The notes under the pieces are model-generated. The model made no database searches. It saw nothing but the letters and a program-made list of their open reading frames with translations, and was not told where the DNA came from. From Lingula anatina (taxonomy: Eukaryota > Animalia > Brachiopoda), in NCBI GenBank assembly GCA_051362555.1, contig CM120643.1, forward strand, positions 28,462,848 to 28,526,847: a stretch of DNA of 64,000 nt. The letters run 5' to 3'. Of the stretch, positions 39,093-51,055 are shown one piece after another (within the stretch, counting starts at the first letter, position 1; each line of letters opens with the position of its first letter). Both the position numbers and the translations under genes were made by a program.

Positions 39093-39910
39093 AAAAGGAA
39101 GAGTAAGGGGGGAGGTGTAGGGAAGAACAAGGAGGATGGTTGGTTTACTTCCCCCTGCCTACGCCTGCTCTTCATCTTGATGTTCCTGGTGCTCGATAAA
39201 ACAAAAGCAATGCAGTCTTCATTGTTGACACACTCTATTGTAGGTTTTAAGTACTCGGAAATCCAAAAATAGAGTTAGCCAAAGTTGCCCAAAATGTTAG
39301 CTTAAACTCTAAAAAAATTTGATATAACTTTCTTCATTGTTGACACACTCTATTGTAAGTTATAAGGTAGTCAGAAATCCAAAATTTGAGTAAGCTTCAC
39401 TGTTGACACACTCGATCTATTGTAAGTCGAAGTTGACACACTCTATTGTAAGCTTTAAGGTACTCAGGAAACCAAAAATCGAGTAAGCCAAGTTGCCTAC
39501 TTCTACTGATAATAATCCTCCATTCCACAAGTTTTGACAATATGATGATATAGAAAGAATATTGCGTATGAAGTACAGAAAAACAGAAACCTTGCCTTCA
39601 CTGTCAGATTTATTGGTAGAGAGGTTGTGAACAAATTCAATTGCCATTAGTCTTACTAGATGTTTCATATTTTCCTTAGCGTTGTATACTGGTATCCATT
39701 GCCATTTGAAGCAGCAGGGCTTCATCAACGCGCAGTTGAAATAGGTAAATCGATCAATGATTCAAAAAATATACTAAAAATACACAATAAGTGATACATA
39801 CAATACGAGTCGCCGAGCTTTACGTGAAATATTAAGAGTGTATTGTCGAGCCGCAGGCGCAGCAGTTTAGATATTGCAGAAGTTCCCACAAAACACTGCT
39901 TCTCTCCCAT

Positions 39911-40123
39911 CTGTGGCAGATTTAGAGGGGGTCAGGGGGTCCTGACCCTGAAAAATATATCACACCAATATTCTCCTCCTAAAATTAGAACTTTGACTCG
40001 CTAAATCACGGTTCTAAACCGTACCAAAGGGTACTGTTTGCTCTCCAAAACACCGATCCCCACACCAAGGGGGGCGTTCCGTTCCGGACCCACCCCCTCT
40101 GAGTAAAATTAGATCTGCCTCTG
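39911..40123. mobile_element. hAT-like MITE with 5-bp TSD (partial duplicate at ~41827-41940)
   Basis: Termini ctgtggcagattt / agatctgcctctg, with cccat on both sides (39906-39910, 40124-40128). Confidence 0.7.
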
Positions 40124-43100
40124 CCCATAATGTTATTATCATGAGGATACCTTGATACTTCATGTGCGTTCACAGATTAAGAAAATTGTCATTGTCAAAG
40201 AAGGCAATTATCATTGTCAAATTCGACAATACGAAGTTTCAGTTTTCGGGTTAATGCTCTTTCATGACATTAAAAGTTTGAGAAATGACTTGTTATCATT
40301 GTTGTCTGATCCGTGGTGAGTGCTAGGATCCGATATTCAGATACTGGGCCCTTATTAGTTAGTGAAGACCAGGAGTGCAGCAGACCGTGGAACGCACTCG
40401 TACATGACATGCTTGTATGTCGAATACAGCCCGGTCGAGTCTCTTGTTCTACGTGCTAGCCGTGGTTTATACTTAAGAGAGACTTAGTCTGTATGTTAAT
40501 TTCCGATATTAATTCAACCCTCCTCATCTCAACAACTTATACACACACAGATAAAAACATCTATAGCAACAACTTGTCGTTCAGGAGAACTTAAAATGTT
40601 CGTTCTCAATCATTATCTTAAACAGATTGGAGGATAGTGGTCACACGTCTTAACTTCATTTCTATACAATATTCAAGCTTTATATGCCTCACAAAGCTTT
40701 CGGTTTTCGGTCACATCCTGAACATTCTCAATGTATGCTGTCAGAAAGTATACAGCCTCAATGCCGGGTAGAACATGGAATATTTTATGTTCGATATTAC
40801 TAGACAGCAAGGATAGATTCCATCAGAATATCGGAGGATCGTGATAGAAAAGGGGGGAAGAGGCATTAATGTCCTCGCAACGTGGTCAAACGTTCAATGA
40901 TGTTAAAACTGCAGATTTGCAGATATGTTCATGAAGCCAAAGTAATTATTCATGTTTCACGGTGAGAGAAAAATGATCGAAACATTTAAATGGGGCCTTT
41001 TGTAATGGGGGTATCAATAAACGGGTATATTCAGATGAGAACGACAGACATTGGTTGGTTTGTCGTCTGCCATATGTGTCACCACTGACGGTGAGACGTG
41101 TACCGGTAGTGTATCAAGTAAAATAGATTTACCGATTTGCTTGTCAGTTTAATTAACATATGCACTGCAGTTTGAAAGTATGATGACCTAATTTCATATC
41201 GTATTTTGTATATAATACAAAATAACAGACCATTTGCCTTCGTTGCCTGGGTCAAAGTTAGAGAGGTCGTAAACAACTGCATTTCCATTAGTCTTACTGG
41301 TAGTTTCATATTTCCCTAAGCGTTATCCAGGTATCAATAACTGTTTCAAGCGGTAGGACTGTATCAATATACATTTGATCTAAATAAAGGCTCAGGAGAC
41401 GAATTTCGCTATGTTAGTTTTGGATATAAATCCACCATTCCACAAGTTTTGATAATATGATGATAATAGAAAGAATATTGCGTATCAAGTACAGAAAAAC
41501 AAATAGCTTGCAATCACTGTCAGAATTATTGTTAGAGAGGTTGTGAACAAATTCCATTTCCATTACTCTTACTGGATGTTTCATATTTTCCTTAGCGCTA
41601 TATGCTGGTATTCATTGTCATTTGAAGCGTTAGGTCTTCATCAACTCACAGTTGATATAGGTATATTGATCAATGATGCTAGAAATATGCTAAAAATACA
41701 CAATAAGTGATACATACAATACGAGTCGCCGAGCTGTACGTGAAATATTAAGAGTGTATTGTCGAGCCATAGGTGCAGCAGTTTAGATACTGCAGGAGTT
41801 CCCACAAAACACCACTTCTCTCCCATCAGTGGCAGATTTAGAGGGGGTTAGGAGGTCTTGACCCTCCCCCTTCGGTTTTTGAAAAATATATCACGCCAAT
41901 ATCCCCCTCTTAAAATTAGAATTTTGACTAGCTAAATCACAACGTTATATAAAGGTACATGTGTATCCATTACCATTTAAAACACTAGGGCTTCATCAAT
42001 GCACAGTTGAAATTGGCAAATTGATCAATGATGATCAAAATATACTAAAAATACACAATAATGCTTAGGAGACGTAGCCTGTATGTTAATTTCCGATGTT
42101 AATTCAGCACTCCTCATGCCAGCAATTTATACACACATACACATAGAAGGACATCGATACCAACAACTTGTCGTTCAGGAGGAACTTAAAATGTTTGTTC
42201 TCAATTATCTCTTAAACTCATTGTAGGATAGTGGTCATTCGTCCTAACTTCATTTCTACACAATATTCAAGCTAGATATTCCTCACAAAACTTTCGGTTT
42301 TCGGTCACATCTTAAACATCCTCACTGTATGCTGTTACAAAGTAGAAAGCTTCAATGGTGAGTAAAACATGGAATATTTTAGGTTCGATATTACTAGAGC
42401 GCAAGGATGGATTTCATCAGAATATCGGAGTATCATGATAGAAGAGAGGGACGGGGAACTAATGTCCTCGCAACGTGGTCAAATGTTCAATGATTTTAAA
42501 ACTGCAGATACTCATGAAGCCAAATTAATTATTGATGTTTCACGATGAGAGAAAAATGATCGAAGCATTCGTTTAAATGGGCCTTTGGTAATGGGGGTAT
42601 CAATAAACGGATATATTCTGATGAGAACGACAGTCATTGGTTGGTTTGTCGTCTGCCACGTGTGTCACCACGGACGGCAAGACACGTACCGGCAGTGTAT
42701 CAAGTAAAATAGATTTACTGATAAGTTTCATTCTGATCAGACTGCAGTGTAAACGAGGTAAGTTTTATCTTGAGAGGAATTTGTTTTACCATTACGAGTC
42801 TCACTTTTAATTTATGATAAAGATAACTGTTGTGTTATATGTATTACTGTGCACATATTAAATGTATTACCTGCTGTACAAAATTTGACAAAAATTAACT
42901 GTAACCTTACAAGCGTCATGGCCAGGGGCCTTAACACACATGTTACCTTAAATTCTGTTTAAACTTGTCACACAGGACATACATATATCATTGCCAATTG
43001 AACATTATTCAATGAATTGGTTCCGCATCCAAGGCGTGATTTCCTTAGCTAGGTATACCAATGGCCCTGTATGAGTCCACGTCGCTATTGTTTGCTACCC

Positions 43101-43430
43101 GCACAGGCTTTTGTCGTTTATCAAAACAACCCATTGTCTCTCAGGGGGCGTGAGTACAGAGTTAATACGTACATGGAGTATACGCATACGGATTGTCGCG
43201 CGAATTATAGGCACGACCAGTATTAGGCAGGATTGCACTTTCACTTTTTAAAACAGCCAAGGTCAAGTTAAATCTGATTAGATAAGGTTGACTTTTAATA
43301 TAATAGAAGAAATATGAAGTAAGTGAATATGATCACAAAAACGGAAAAATACATTATATACTGATATTTAGACCAGTTTCTTATTTTTCATTCAACTCGG
43401 CTTTATAAAAATTCACTATATGAATTAGCA

Positions 43431-43661
43431 TAGGATTTCCTATAGGTTCCTTTAGAAATTCTAATAAGATTTCCTATAGGCCAGGATCCTATAGGAATTT
43501 TTGTAATGGTCTGAAAATATATTAAAAATTAGAATTATATACTGATAAAATTGACCTATATCAAATATCTATTGTTTAGAATGATATTTGTCTATAGGAA
43601 ATGTGCCCTTTAGGATCCTATAAGATTTCCTATAGAATCCTATAGGAAATTTTCGTAAGGG
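43431..43661. mobile_element. Two duplicated ends of a MITE with CCTATAGG subterminal palindromes
   Basis: Repeated (t)cctatagg motifs end in tttttgtaatgg (~43509) and ttttcgtaaggg (43661). Confidence 0.45.
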
Positions 43662-43703
43662 CGGAGTATACTAAAAATTTAGACGAACTAATGGTTAGCA
43701 CAT

Positions 43704-43998
43704 TTAGACCCCATTTCCACAGATTTTATATCGATCTATCCCTGTGGGGAGTCTCACTAGATTACTGTCAGCTTAACCGACTTAAGAGTCTGTCCCGCCT
43801 ACTAAAAGTTGTAAGGGGGTAATTAACTACCGTGCACGCTCGGCTGACAGCAAATTAGCGTGATACCCCAGGGAGTTAGGTCGATCTAGATGCAGCTTCA
43901 GTAGGCGTGGCAGACATCTAAGCCGCTTAAGTTGTTTGCAATTTTGCGAGAATCCCCTCAGGGATAGATCAATTCATAGTTAGTGCGGTAGGGTCTGA
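43704..43998. mobile_element. Imperfectly palindromic MITE; a half copy in opposite orientation lies at 56865-56952
   Basis: gatctatccctgtggggagtctc...cccgcctact pairs with agtaggcg...gagaatcccctcagggatagatc. 56865-56952 is the reverse complement of 43712-43801. Confidence 0.7.
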
Positions 43999-45222
43999 GA
44001 ATGGCCCCTAAGATTAAAGAAACGTGCAATCCCATCAGGGAATTTAGAAATCAGTTTGGTTGTGCAGTAACAATTAGTGGGGAAATAGACACGGGGGAAG
44101 GCGACACAATGCGTTGATTATAAACAGACCGTTTACAAAGGCTGGCAAGATGACAGAGATCTGAAAGAAGGATAGAGGCTTTTGATTTAAGTATCAGAAT
44201 AAGCATATGTGGGAGATGAGATGCACTAACGTGGATAAACATACACACACCTAAAGTAGTCAGCAGTTACAAGTAATTTTCATGGCTGCAATCTTGTTAT
44301 TTTAGCAACAAAGCATACATCACTGACTCTGCTCACTGGTTATGGGATTGTTAATATTCTCCACCCTTATTCTTGCGTTGATGGCTGGTGGCGTCGTCTA
44401 TTCCACGCATTGCAGTAAGTCAAGGGCTCAGTGAAAATTATTTTTTCTTCTTTGGTGACCGGGAATGAAATTGAAAAGTTGTAGAGCATCAAGTTCGCGC
44501 ATTAACAAGTGTCTTATGTACAGGCATAATTTGAATTAATATTCATTCATTTTAGTAGACTTGAAAATAAATTATGATATGTAACCTTGTAAAAATACCT
44601 ATAAATCAATGATTATTTTTCAATCCTGTCACACACACATCAAGATGGTGTCCATTTTCACTAAATAACATTTCCTAAAAGCAAGGTTTATACATATAAT
44701 AATGAGATATTCCATTTCTATAAAAAAATCTTAAGTGTTCAGCTTTACATTGATATCTTTATGAGATGCATTGATTTACTGATGTCCCAAATTGTTTGAT
44801 TTTACCTTATATATGCATTCTATTCTGGCAAAATCAGTAGTCACATCCGTATAACTTTCATGCTAGAAAACACCATGTGACAAATTAGGTCACTCTTCTT
44901 AAACTGGTTTTAAGAATGCTATGTTTCAAAAAAAAAATACCAGTTTTAATCTAAATCCAATATGGCCGGCAACGTTTAAGGTATACTGTGATGAAAAAAA
45001 ACGGGTTAAAACTATCCTTTAGGTACCCAAAAGTCATTTTTGAGTAATGAAAAAAAAAGTTCTTACGTTTAATTAGTTTTTAGCTGATTTTATACAGGTT
45101 TGAATATAGTTTACAATGCTCATGCGTGGTGGCACTTTGAGGCTCAGGAAGCCATTCAATCTGGTTGATTCAGCTATTAGCTCACTTGCATTCACTCGCT
45201 TTATCTGAAATATTTTGTCATA

Positions 45223-45560
45223 ATGAACAGAGAACGAACTGAAGGATATTTGTTTGAACGCAGAATACTGCGGAAGATGTGGACGTTGCATAGTGGGAAG
45301 AAACGGACTAGGAATATTGTGAAGTACACACAACAGGTAGAGCTTTATACAGTCAGCCGATTGAGGTGTAGTGTGGCCATACAGTGTGATTCCATGCCCA
45401 CCTTTACTAAAGCGACATGCTGCAACGAAAACTAGTGAAATCACTGCTGTGTCCACCAAAATGAAGCACGATACCAGATGCGTTACAGAACTCCAGAGCT
45501 TTAATAATGCATGTTTGGACGCAAACTCTATGAACTCTGTACAGTTAATGCATTACATAT
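45223..45560 (+). pseudogene. Decayed Kolobok accessory-type protein (P2X7 C-terminal/nanor-like Cys domain)
   Basis: 'GYLFER' (cf. PYxFEP), 'RCS....CDSMPT..ATCCNE', then after a frameshift 'CVTELQSFNNACLD'. Confidence 0.6.
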
Positions 45561-45781
45561 TGCTTATCAGTCTACTGCTACAGTTCACATTGATTGTTTT
45601 TTAAAATGATCAGAATAATATATATATGAAGGATCAATTTTACATGTATATTTTCATAAAATATGGACACATCAACTGCTTAAGTTACTTACAAGTATCA
45701 CATACAAGACCTCTAAATACAGCTAATATTTTACTCATATCAAATGGTATGTAATACTTTGTACTTATCCCAGATTGCAAG

Positions 45782-45783
<2 letters not shown>

Positions 45784-45860
<77 letters not shown>
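45784..45860. repeat. (TA)n microsatellite
   Basis: Uninterrupted TA run, plus a short TA run to 45881 abutting the LTR. Confidence 0.97.
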
Positions 45861-45863
<3 letters not shown>

Positions 45864-46471
45864 GATCAATATATATATATAGTAATGATCTGGGTTTCGC
45901 TTCATTTTTATGATGAACGATGATCAGAGCACTTTGTCTCGCAAGTTATTTTGTCTTGTCGAACGTCGAAATCGGTATCGACGACTAGTCATTTGTTACC
46001 TTCCAAAGCTCGCCTGTATGCTACCATACCTTCTCTGTGGTCGCAATAAAAGTGGTTGGGAAGTACTTGCGCCTTATGTTAAAGCTTTTATTTTAGTTTT
46101 CTAGCGATTTCAGCACATAACGTCATGCATGGGCGCAGCCATTTCTTTTCTTGGTTGCCACTCGTGTCAAAGGTCATGAGGTGACGTAATCGTTAACGAG
46201 ATCATGCGGTGACGTAATCCCTAACGACCGAAAAAGTATAAATAGAGCAACGCATCAGCTGTCGGAGAGTCTGAATCTTCTTGTCGATCGCGGCAGTTTC
46301 AAAAACTCCGCAATACTCCGGTGTCTTGGGGGGAGGGGGGATTTATTTTCGTTCGTCTTTCGGGTCTAAATTTCGTGTTCTTTTATGCTGAGAAAAGACC
46401 GAGGGAAGTTGTTTTTATTTTCACTGTTGAATTCTGAATCTTAAACTCACCGCGACTGACGGACAGCTCAC

Positions 46472-47478
46472 GGGTCAGTCACTCTCATTTGGTCACATTT
46501 TAATTTTCTCTTCAGGTCAGTCACTTCCATATGGTCACATTATAATTTTCTCGTTAGGTCATTCACTCCCATATGGTCATATTATAATTTTCTCGTTAGG
46601 TCATTCACTCCCATATGGTCATATTATAATTTCTCATAAGGTCAGTCACTCCCATATGGTCACATTATTATTTTCTCATCAGGCCATTCACTCCTATATG
46701 GTCACATTATAATTTTCTCATCAGGCCAACCACTTCCATGTGGTCACATTATAATTTCTTTTCAGGTCAGTCGCTTCCATATGGTCACATTATAATTTCT
46801 CATAAGGTCAGTCACTCCCATATGGTCACATTATAATTTTCTCATCAGGCCATTCACTCCTATATGGTCACATTATAATTTTCTCATCAGGCCATCCACT
46901 TCCATGTGGTCACATTATAATTTCTTTTCATGTTAGTCGCTTGCATATGGTCACATTATAATTTCTCATCAGGTCAGTCACTCCCATATGGTCAATGGTC
47001 ACATTATAATTTCTTTTCAGGTCAGTCACTTCCATATGGTCACATTATAATTTCTCATCAGGTCAGTCACTCCCATATGGTCACATTATAATTTTCTCAT
47101 CAGGTCAGTCACTCCCATATGGTCACATTATAATTTTTCATGAGGTCAGTCACTCTCATATGGTCACATTATAATTTCTCACGATGTTAGTCACTCTCAT
47201 ATGGTCACATTATAATTTTCTCATCAGGCCGTTCCCTCCTATATGGTCACATTATAATTTCTCACGATGTCAATCACTCTCATATGGTCACATTATAATT
47301 TTCTCATCAGGCCGTTCCCTCCTATATGGTTACATTATAATTTTCTCATCGGGTCAGTCACTCCCATATGGTCACATTATAATTTTGCATGAGGTCAGTC
47401 ACCCCCATATGGTCACATTATAATTTCTTTTCAGGTCAGTCACTCTCATATTGTAACATTATAATTTTTCATGAGGTC
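46472..47478. repeat. 41-42-bp minisatellite array in LTR1
   Basis: Unit ggtcagtcactcccatatggtcacattataattttctcatca, roughly 24 copies. Confidence 0.95.
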
Positions 47479-48044
47479 ATGGTTTTTACAAAGTTCCTAA
47501 TAACATTTTCAAGGGTTTTCCTCAATGAGAATTCTTTTAAACTTTTCGATAAGAGAGCGGGGTCATTAAGGATTTCCTGTACTGTATAATTTGTAGAGTT
47601 TAATTTCGTGTGAAGTTTTGTTATAATTAATGTAATGCAAGCACTTTAGCTTAAAGTAGCCAATCATCCGAAAGTCGATACAGCTGTTGAAGCTGCCAAT
47701 GGTGGAGACAACATGAACGTTGCTGCGGTCCAGTATGCTAGAAGGCAAGTGACGTCCTCGATGGAGACCCCCTATAAGGGCGGAGAAGTCCAGGAGCCAC
47801 AATTCGAGCGACGCATTCCCGATGAAGAGCGCCGTCTGTGGTAGAGTCTGCTAGGACATGCTGCACCCTGTCCAACGTAGTGGCTCGGGGTATCGTAAGG
47901 TTCACGTTGCATAACCTAGCGTGCCTCGAGCCCCAAGAGAGATGCCAACTAGACAAGAAACCGAGAAAATGCTGACTGAAAGCTGGCGCCGATAATTAGA
48001 GGCGTGGGTTGCTAAGAGGTGATGCCATGTAGAAGAGGGACACT

Positions 48045-48190
48045 GGTCCCGTGTTGTGCCCGGCCGAGATGGTCGGAAGAGGACAAGGTCCTATGTTGTG
48101 CCCGGCCGAGATGGTCGGAAGAGGACAAGGTCCTATGTTGTGCCCGGCTAAGATGGTCGGAAGAGGACAAGGTCCTGTGATGTGCCCGAC
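48045..48190. repeat. 42-bp GC-rich tandem repeat, ~3.3 copies (also 51995-52140)
   Basis: gtcctatgttgtgcccggccgagatggtcggaagaggacaag. Confidence 0.93.
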
Positions 48191-48985
48191 TTGGCCAGTC
48201 GGATGAGCGGTTCCAGACCTGGGGTCTGATGTTTTTGTTTTTTTTTAGTTTTCCTTTTTTTTTTTTTTTTTTTTTAAGAGTACCGACTGTTTGTCGGAAG
48301 TAATGGTTCCAGACGAGAACGACTGGCAGAACCCGCCCAGTAAGACCTTACCGCAATGGTGATGTCCTCAGCGATTAAAGAGGGCTGTATTACAGTCAGC
48401 ATGAAACTAAATTCTAGACGGGCAGTGTCAGCAGACGTTCCCATGAACATCCAGGCTACGAGAATTGTCATCCCCAGACCAGACGCTACCAGAGTCCAGA
48501 GGCTACTAAAGACGTTGCGATTGAAACTAAAAGACTTTAACTTTAGCTTAACAGTTGTTGTTACTACTGAACTTTGATTGATATACGTGGTAATCGAAAT
48601 GTACCTTTGTGCAATAATTGAGCTCGGTGAGACGCTACCTGAACGTTGAGGACCGAAAAATGACTTTAATCTTCGCAAAGAAAGAGGTCAGAGATATATT
48701 ACTAGAACATTGTGACTAGAACTATGATCTAAGGCTTTATTCAAAGCAACGCTACCAAAAATGAGAGACTTAGTGGTTAACGAAGTGCTTGCATAACTTT
48801 AATTCACTGTAACATTATCTTTTTATTTTAGTTTTTGTTTTCAATAAAATGTTTGCACCCAAATCCACTCTTGTCATTAGCTTGGGATATACTTTCCCAC
48901 GGGAGCGCAACATCCGCCCCGATCCCGAACTCGAACGGCGCCGCCACTCCGGGCTCGGTGGCGCCGGAGGGGGCGCGCGTTTCAC

Positions 48986-49003
48986 TGGTGGCAGCGGTGG
49001 GAT
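48986..49003 (+). promoter_or_regulatory. Primer-binding site, tRNA-Leu
   Basis: TGGTGGCAGCGGTGGGAT, 1 nt after the LTR1 end, is complementary to the 3' end of tRNA-Leu(AAG/TAG). Confidence 0.88.
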
Positions 49004-49067
49004 AACTTTGACAAGAGTGGTATTGTATTTTTTTTATATACTAATGTGAGATTTTATTATTATCAGA

Positions 49068-49460
49068 ATGGATGGATTAAAATCCTCGGGAGAAGAAGCA
49101 AATAGATCCAGTGATTCGGAAGTGATTCTCAACTTGGGAAGGCCTGTTCAGAGGGAAGGGGCGCCAGTGGGATCCAGTGCCAACACCATAGAAGATGAAG
49201 CTGTTCAGAAGAGGCCCCAGTTTATGAGACGTCCCTTAGCTTCCCCAGGTATCCCGAGGGCGAGTCCAGGCCAGAGCTATAGAAGAAGACCCATGCAGTT
49301 ATAGGCCTATACCAGATCGCTTTGACGGGAGCTCTCCGTGGGCTGATTATATCACTGCCACTTTGAGAGTTGTGTGGCATCCCTACAAATGGCTGGTGTG
49401 AAGAAGATAAAGAGAGTTTTCTAGCGGTCAGCCTACGGGGAGCGGCCCAAGCCACATTGA
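49068..49460 (+). pseudogene. gag: Frameshifted N-terminal gag remnant
   Basis: FDGSSPWADY..HFESC...NGWCEEDKESFLAVSLRGAAQ across frameshifts, a typical Gypsy gag N-terminus. Confidence 0.75.
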
Positions 49461-49599
49461 GCTATGCACAGGAGAAAGGGAAGATGGTCTAGTATCACCA
49501 GTAAATTTGTCTTTTGGCTCAACGGTTTGTAGGCCTAACAAGACAAGGAGAGGAACTCCATGTAGATGTTTCCAGTGATTCAGGAGAATCACTTTTGTT

Positions 49600-49611
49600 G
49601 GAAGGGGGTAG
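49600..49611 (+). promoter_or_regulatory. Polypurine tract
   Basis: ggaagggggtag lies immediately before the TG that starts LTR2. Confidence 0.85.
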
Positions 49612-50210
49612 TGTAATGATCTGGGTTTCACTTCATTTTTATGATGAACGATGATCAGAGCACTTTGTCTCGCAAGTTATTTTGTCTTGTCGAACGTCGA
49701 AGTCGGTATCGACGACTACAATGTAGTCATTTGTTACCTTCCAAAGCTCGCCTGTATGCTACCATACCTTCTCTGTGGTCGCAATAAAAGTGGTTGGGAA
49801 GTACTTGCGCCTTATGTTAAAGCTTTTATTTTAGTTTTCTAGCGATTTCAGCACATAACGTCATGCATGGGCGCAGCCATTTCTTTTCTTGGTTGCCACT
49901 CGTGTCAAAGGTCATGAGGTGATGTAATCGTTAACGAGATCATGCGGTGACGTAATCCCTAACGACCGAAACAGTATAAATAGAGCAACGCATCAGCTGT
50001 CGGAGAGTCTGAATCTTCTTGTCGATCGCGGCAGTTTCAAAAACTCCGCAATACTCCGGTGTCTTGGGGGGAGGGGGGATTTATTTTCGTTCGTCTTTCG
50101 GGTCTAAATTTCGTGTTCTTTTATGCTGAGAAAAGACCGAGGGAAGTTGTTTTTATTTTCACTGTTGAATTCTGAATCTTAAACTCACCGCGACTGACGG
50201 ACAGCTCACG

Positions 50211-51055
50211 GGTCAGTCACTCTCATTTGGTCACATTTTAATTTTCTCTTCAGGTCAGTCACTTCCATATGGTCACATTATAATTTTCTCGTTAGGTCAT
50301 TCACTCCCATATGGTCATATTATAATTTTCTCATTAGGTCTGTCACTCCCATATGGTCACATTATAATTTTCTCATCAGGCCATTCACTCCTATATGGTC
50401 ACATTATAATTTTCTCATCAGGCCAACCACTTCCATGTGGTCACATTATAATTTTTTCCAGGTCAGTCGCTTCCATATGGTCACATTATAATTTCTCATA
50501 AGGTCAGTCACTCCCATATGGTCACATTATAATTTTCTCATCAGGCCATTCACTCCTATATGGTCACATTATAATTTTCTCATCAGGCCATCCACTTCCA
50601 TGTGGTCACATTATAATTTCTTTTCAGGTCAGTCACTCCCATATGGTCACATTATAATTTTTCATGAGGTCAGTCACTCCCATATGGTCAATGGTCACAT
50701 TATAATTTCTTTTCAGGTCAGTCACTTCCATATGGTCACATTATAATTTTCTCATCAGGCCGTTCCCTCCTATATGGTTACATTATAATTTTCTCATCGG
50801 GTCAGTCACTCCCATATGGTCACATTATAATTTTGCATGAGGTCAGTCACCCCCATATGGTCACATTATAATTTCTTTTCAGGTCAGTCACTCTCATATT
50901 GTAACATTATAATTTTTTATGAGGTCAGTCACTCTCATATGGTCACATTATAATTTCTTTTCTGGTCAGTCACTCCCATGTGGTCACATTATAATTTTCT
51001 CATCAGGCCATTCACTCCTACTGGATATGGTCACATTATAATTTCTCATGTGGTC
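50211..51055. repeat. 41-42-bp minisatellite array in LTR2
   Basis: Same unit as in LTR1, roughly 20 copies, with a different variant order. Confidence 0.95.

Larger units (their letters stand above)
34010..42722. repeat. Mosaic of partial copies of a ~1.6-kb non-coding unit (further copy at 25727-26218)
   Basis: The block tatgttcgatattactaga...gatagaaaagaggggacggggcattaatgtcctcgcaa occurs at ~25727, 34831, 40787 and 42379. Other blocks recur at 26044/34010/38614/41148 and 39791/41708. Confidence 0.8.

Noticed and set aside
38662-39272. Arg/Ser/Glu-rich ORFs
   Set aside because: These are translations of GGA/TCC low-complexity sequence.
48986-49003. tRNA gene fragments here and at 33233-33250
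   Set aside because: They are only 18-nt complements to tRNA 3' ends next to LTRs, i.e. primer-binding sites.
46472-51055. CRISPR-like array
   Set aside because: The 41-42-bp units are head-to-tail with no unique spacers, there are no cas genes, and the context is a eukaryotic LTR.
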